From the NCBI GenBank assembly GCA_964016885.1, contig OZ024743.1:137144001-137208000 (forward strand): a stretch of DNA of 64,000 nt. The letters are read 5' to 3'. Origin of the DNA: Eledone cirrhosa. Taxonomy: Eukaryota. Made by a program: the position numbers and the translations under genes. Below the pieces are notes generated by a model. It searched no databases. It saw only the letters and a list, made by a program, of their open reading frames with translations, and had not been told where the DNA came from. Of the stretch, positions 59,901 to 64,000 are shown in pieces (position 1 is the stretch's first letter; every line of letters starts with the position of its first letter).

Positions 59901-62900
59901 CCAAGCACCAAGCACCAAGCACCAAACACCAAGCACCAAGCACCAAGCACCAAACACCAAGCACCAAGCGCCAAACACCAAACACCAAGATCCAAAGACC
60001 AAGCACCAAGCACCAAGCACCAAGCACCAAACAATAAGCACCAAGCACCAAACACCAAGAACCAAGCACCAAGCACCAAACACCAAGCACCAAACACCAA
60101 ACACCAAGCACCAAGCACCAAGCACCAAGCACCAAACACCAAGCACCAAGCACTAAGCACCAAACACCAAGCCCCAAGCACCAAGCACCAAACACCAAAC
60201 ACCAAGCACCAAGCACCAAACACCAAGCACCAAGCACCAAGCACCTAGCACCAAACACCAAACACCAAGAACCAAGCACCAAACACCACACACCAATCAC
60301 CAAGCACCAAACACCAAGCACCAAGCACCAGACACCAAGCACCAAGGACCAAACATCAAACACCAAGCACCAAGCACCAAACACCTAACACCAAGCACCA
60401 AGCACCAAGCACCAAGCACCAAACACCAAGCACCAAAGACCAAGCACCAAGCACCAAGCACCAAATACCAAGCACCAGGCACCAAGCACCAAACACCAAG
60501 CACCATGCACCAAGCACCAAGCTCCAAACACTTAACACCAAGCACCAAGCACGAAACACCAAGCACCAAGCACCAAACACTAAGCAGCAAGGACCAAGCA
60601 ACAGGCACCAAGCACCAAGCACCAAACACAAAACACCAAGCACCAAGCACCAAGCAGCAAACACCAAGCATCAAACACCAAACACCAAACACCAAGCACC
60701 AAACACCAAGCACCAAGCACCAAACACTAAACCCCAAGCACCAAGCACCATGCACCAAACACCAAACACCAAGCACCAAACACCAAACACCAAGCACCAA
60801 GCACCAAACACCAAACAACAAGCACCAGGCACCAAGCACCAAGCACCAAACACCAAGCACGCAGCATCAAACACCAAGCACCAAGCACCAAACACCAAAC
60901 ACCAAGCACCAAACACCAGCCACCAACACCAAGCACCAAACACCAAACACCAAGCACTAAGCACCAAACACCAAACAACAAGCAGCAGGCACCAAGCACC
61001 AAACACCAAACACCAAGCACGCAGCACCAAACACCAAGCACCAAGCACCAAGCACCAAACACCAAACAGCAAGCACCAAGCACCAAACACCAAGCACCAA
61101 ACACCAAACACCAAACACCAAGCACCAAGCACCAAACAGCAAGCACCAAACACCAAGCACCAAACACCAAGCAAAAAGCACAAAACACCAAGCACCAATC
61201 ACCAAACACCAAACACCAAGCAGCAAGCAGCAAGCACCAAACACCAAACACCATGCACCAAGCACCAAGCTCCAAACACTTAACACCAAGCACCAAGCAC
61301 GAAACACCAAGCACCAAATACCAAACACCAAGCACCAACTAATAAACACCAAGCACCAAGCACCAAACACCAAGCACCAAGCACCAATCACCAAACACCA
61401 AGAACCAAGCACCAAACACTAAGCAGCAAGGACCAAGCAACAGGCACCAAGCACCAAGCACCAAACACAAAACACCAAGCACCAAGCACCAAGCAGCAAA
61501 CACCAAGCATCAAACACCAAACACCAAACACCAAGCACCAAACACCAAGCACCAAGCACCAAACACCAAACCCCAAGCACCAAGCACCAAGCACCAAACA
61601 CCAAACACCAAGCACCAAACACCAAACACCAAGCACCAAGCACCAAACACCAAACAACAAGCACCAGGCACCAAGCACCAAACACCAAACACCAAGCACG
61701 CAGCATCAAACACCAAGCACCAAGCACCAAACACCAAACACCAAGCACCAAACACCAGCCACCAAGCACCAAGCACCAAACACCAAACACCAAGCAGTAA
61801 GCACCAAACACCAAACAACAAGCAGCAGGCACCAAGCACCAAACACCAAACACCAAGCACGCAGCACCAAACACCAAGCACCAAGCACCAAGCACCAAAC
61901 ACCAAACAGCAAGCACCAAGCACCAAACACCAAGCACCAAACACCAAACACCAAACACCAAGCACCAAGCACCAAACAGCAAGCACCAAACACCAAGCAC
62001 CAAACACCAAGCAAAAAGCACAAAACACCAAGCACCAATCACCAAACACCAAACACCAAGCAGCAAGCAGCAAGCACCAAACACCAAACACCAAGCAGCA
62101 AGCAGCAAGCACCAAATACCAAACACCAAGCACCAAGCACCAAATACCAAACACCAAGCACCAAGGACCAAACATCAAACACCAAGCACCAAGCACCAAA
62201 CGCCTAACACCAAGCACCAAGCACCAAGCACCAAGCACCAAACACCAAGCACCAATCACCAAACACCAAGCACCAAGCACCAAACACCAAGCACCAGGCA
62301 CCAAGCACCAAACACCAAGCACCAAGCACCAAACTCCAAGCACCAACCACAAAGCACCAAGCACCAAACACCAAACCCCAAGCACCAAACACCAAACCTC
62401 AAGCACCAAGCACCAAACACTAATCACCAAACACCAAGCACCAAACAACAAGCACAAAGCACCAAGCACCAGGCACCAAGCACCAAGCACCAAACACTAA
62501 TCACCAAGCACCAAGCACCAAGCACCAAACACCAAACACCAAGCACCAAGCACCAAAGACCAAACACCAAGCACCATAGACCAAGCACCAAGCACCAAGC
62601 ACCAAACAATAAGCACCAAGCACCAAGCACCAAACACCAAGCACCAAGCACCAAACACCAACCACCCAGCACCAAGCACCAAGCACCAAACACCAAGCAC
62701 CAAACACCAAACACCAAACACCAAGCACCAAGCACCAAGCACCAAACACCAAGCACCAAGCACTAAGCACCAAACACCAAGCCCCAAGCACCAAGCACCA
62801 AATACCAAACACCAAGTACCAAGCACCAAACACCAAGCACCAAGCACCAAGCACCTAGCACCAAACACCAAACACCAAGCACCAAGCACCAAACACCAAG

Positions 62901-64000
62901 CACCAATCACCAAGCACCAAACACCAAACACCAAGCAAAAAGCACAAAACACCAAGCACCAATCACCAAGCACGAAACACCAAGCAGCAAGCAGCAAGCA
63001 CCAAACACCAAACACCAAGCACCAAACACCAAATACCAAACACCAAGCACCAAGGACCAAACATCAAACACCAAGCACCAAGCACCAAGCACCAAGCACC
63101 AAACACCAAGCACCAATCACCAAACACCAAGCACCAAGCACCAAACACCAAGCACCAAACTCAAAGCACCAAGCTCCAAACACCAAACCCCAAGCACCAA
63201 ACACCAAACCTCAAGCACCAAGCACCAAACACTAATCACCAAGCACCAGGCACCAAACAACAAGCACAAAGCACCAAGCACCAAACACCAAGCAAAGCAC
63301 CAAACACCAAACACCAAGCACCAAACCCTAAGCACCAAGCACCAAGCACCAAGCACCAAACATTAAGCACCAAGCACCAAGCACCAAACACCGAGCACCA
63401 AACACCAACCACCCAGCACCAAGCACCAAGCACCAAACACCAAGCACCAAACACCAAACACCAAACACCAAGCACCAAGCACCAAGCAACAAACACCAAG
63501 CACCAAGCACTAAGCACCAAACACCAAGCCCCAAGCACCAAGCACCAAATACCAAACACCAAGTACCAAGCACCAAACACCAAGCACCAAGCACCAAGCA
63601 CCTAGCACCAAACACCAAACACCAAGCACCAAGCACCAAACACCAAGCACCAATCACCAAGCACCAAACACCAAGCAGCAAGCAGCAAGCACCAAACACC
63701 AAACACCAAGCACCAAGCACCAAACACCAAGCACCAAGGACCAAACATCAAACACCAAGCACCAAGCACCAAACACCTAACACCAAGCACCAAGCACCAA
63801 GCACCAAGCACCGAACACCAAGCACATAACACCAAGCACCAAACACCAAGCAACAAGCACCAAACACTAAGCACCAAACACCAAGCACCAAGAACCAAGC
63901 ACCAAACACCAAGCACCAGGCACCAAGCACCAAACACCAAGCACCATGCACCAAGCACCAAGCCCCAAACACTTAACACCAAGCACCAAGCACCAAGCAC
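53950..64000 (+). repeat. HOR domain 3 (diverged mosaic; CAATAAG, CACATAA, ATCCAAA markers)
   Basis: CAATAAG at 54187, 56217, 56462, 60032, 62607. CACATAA at 54614, 56889, 63823. GATCCAAAGACC at 57861, 59989. No poly-A tract or TACATA. Confidence 0.8.
60578..62100 (+). repeat. ~840-bp (120-monomer) tandem duplication
   Basis: CACTAAG CAGCAAG GACCAAG CAACAGG at 60578/61417 (839 apart) and CAAAAAG at 61172/62012 (840 apart). The 1-bp difference is explained by a 6-mer CACCAA at 60921. Confidence 0.82.

Larger units (their letters stand above)
1..64000 (+). repeat. Heptamer satellite array (CACCAAR)n, ~9,100 monomers, single orientation, truncated at both window edges
   Basis: Every line parses into CACCAAG/CACCAAA or close variants (CAGCAAG, CACCAAT, CACTAAT, CATCAAA, CACGCAG, CCCCAAG, AACCAAA). 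The + strand is almost all A/C with little G and very little T. No strand switch was seen. Confidence 0.99.

Noticed and set aside
61341-61346. AATAAA polyadenylation signal
   Set aside because: It is a single occurrence inside an in-register diverged monomer (TAATAAA), with no downstream GU-rich element or associated gene.
1-64000. CRISPR array or other repeat-spacer system
   Set aside because: There are no unique spacers (all intervening sequence is the same heptamer) and no cas genes or leader.
1-64000. Match of CTTGGTG to part of the Candida albicans 23-bp telomere repeat
   Set aside because: A 7-bp match is too short to be meaningful and the rest of that repeat is absent.
1-64000. Prokaryotic heptamer repeats such as cyanobacterial STRR elements
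   Set aside because: Those are short intergenic runs. A gene-free array of at least 64 kb with HORs fits a eukaryotic satellite much better, although the source organism cannot be established here.
1-64000. Whole array as a sequencing or assembly artefact
   Set aside because: Diagnostic variants are shared in nested, phylogenetically consistent patterns and register is maintained, which random error would not produce. Exact copy numbers of the near-identical duplications still need read support.
1-64000. Inverted repeats, hairpins, tRNA/rRNA or transposon insertions
   Set aside because: The + strand has too little T and G to form meaningful stems, and no non-satellite segment or orientation switch was found.

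Overview
The whole 64,000-bp window is one uninterrupted, single-orientation tandem array of the 7-bp monomer CACCAAR (CACCAAG/CACCAAA; YTTGGTG on the minus strand), roughly 9,100 monomers, running off both ends. I found no unique sequence, credible gene, RNA gene, transposon or CRISPR array. All listed ORFs (TKHQ[A/T]P[S/N] on +, WCLV[L/F]G[A/V] on -) follow from translating a stop-free heptamer. The real information is in rare variant monomers, which reveal nested higher-order repeats (HORs) in three domains. Domain 1 (1 to ~29.6 kb) has pairs of ~1.42-kb subunits, a near-perfect 4,311-bp repeat and almost no indels. Domain 2 (~29.6 to ~53.9 kb) has a ~2.23-2.29-kb HOR with private indels (TACATA pairs 489 bp apart, an A10-11 tract) and a ~5.5-kb second level. 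Domain 3 (~54 to 64 kb) is a more diverged mosaic of 0.25-2.3-kb units. The best reading is a eukaryotic satellite (centromeric, pericentromeric or telomere-associated). Organism and function cannot be determined from this window. All positions were read by eye and domain boundaries are approximate.
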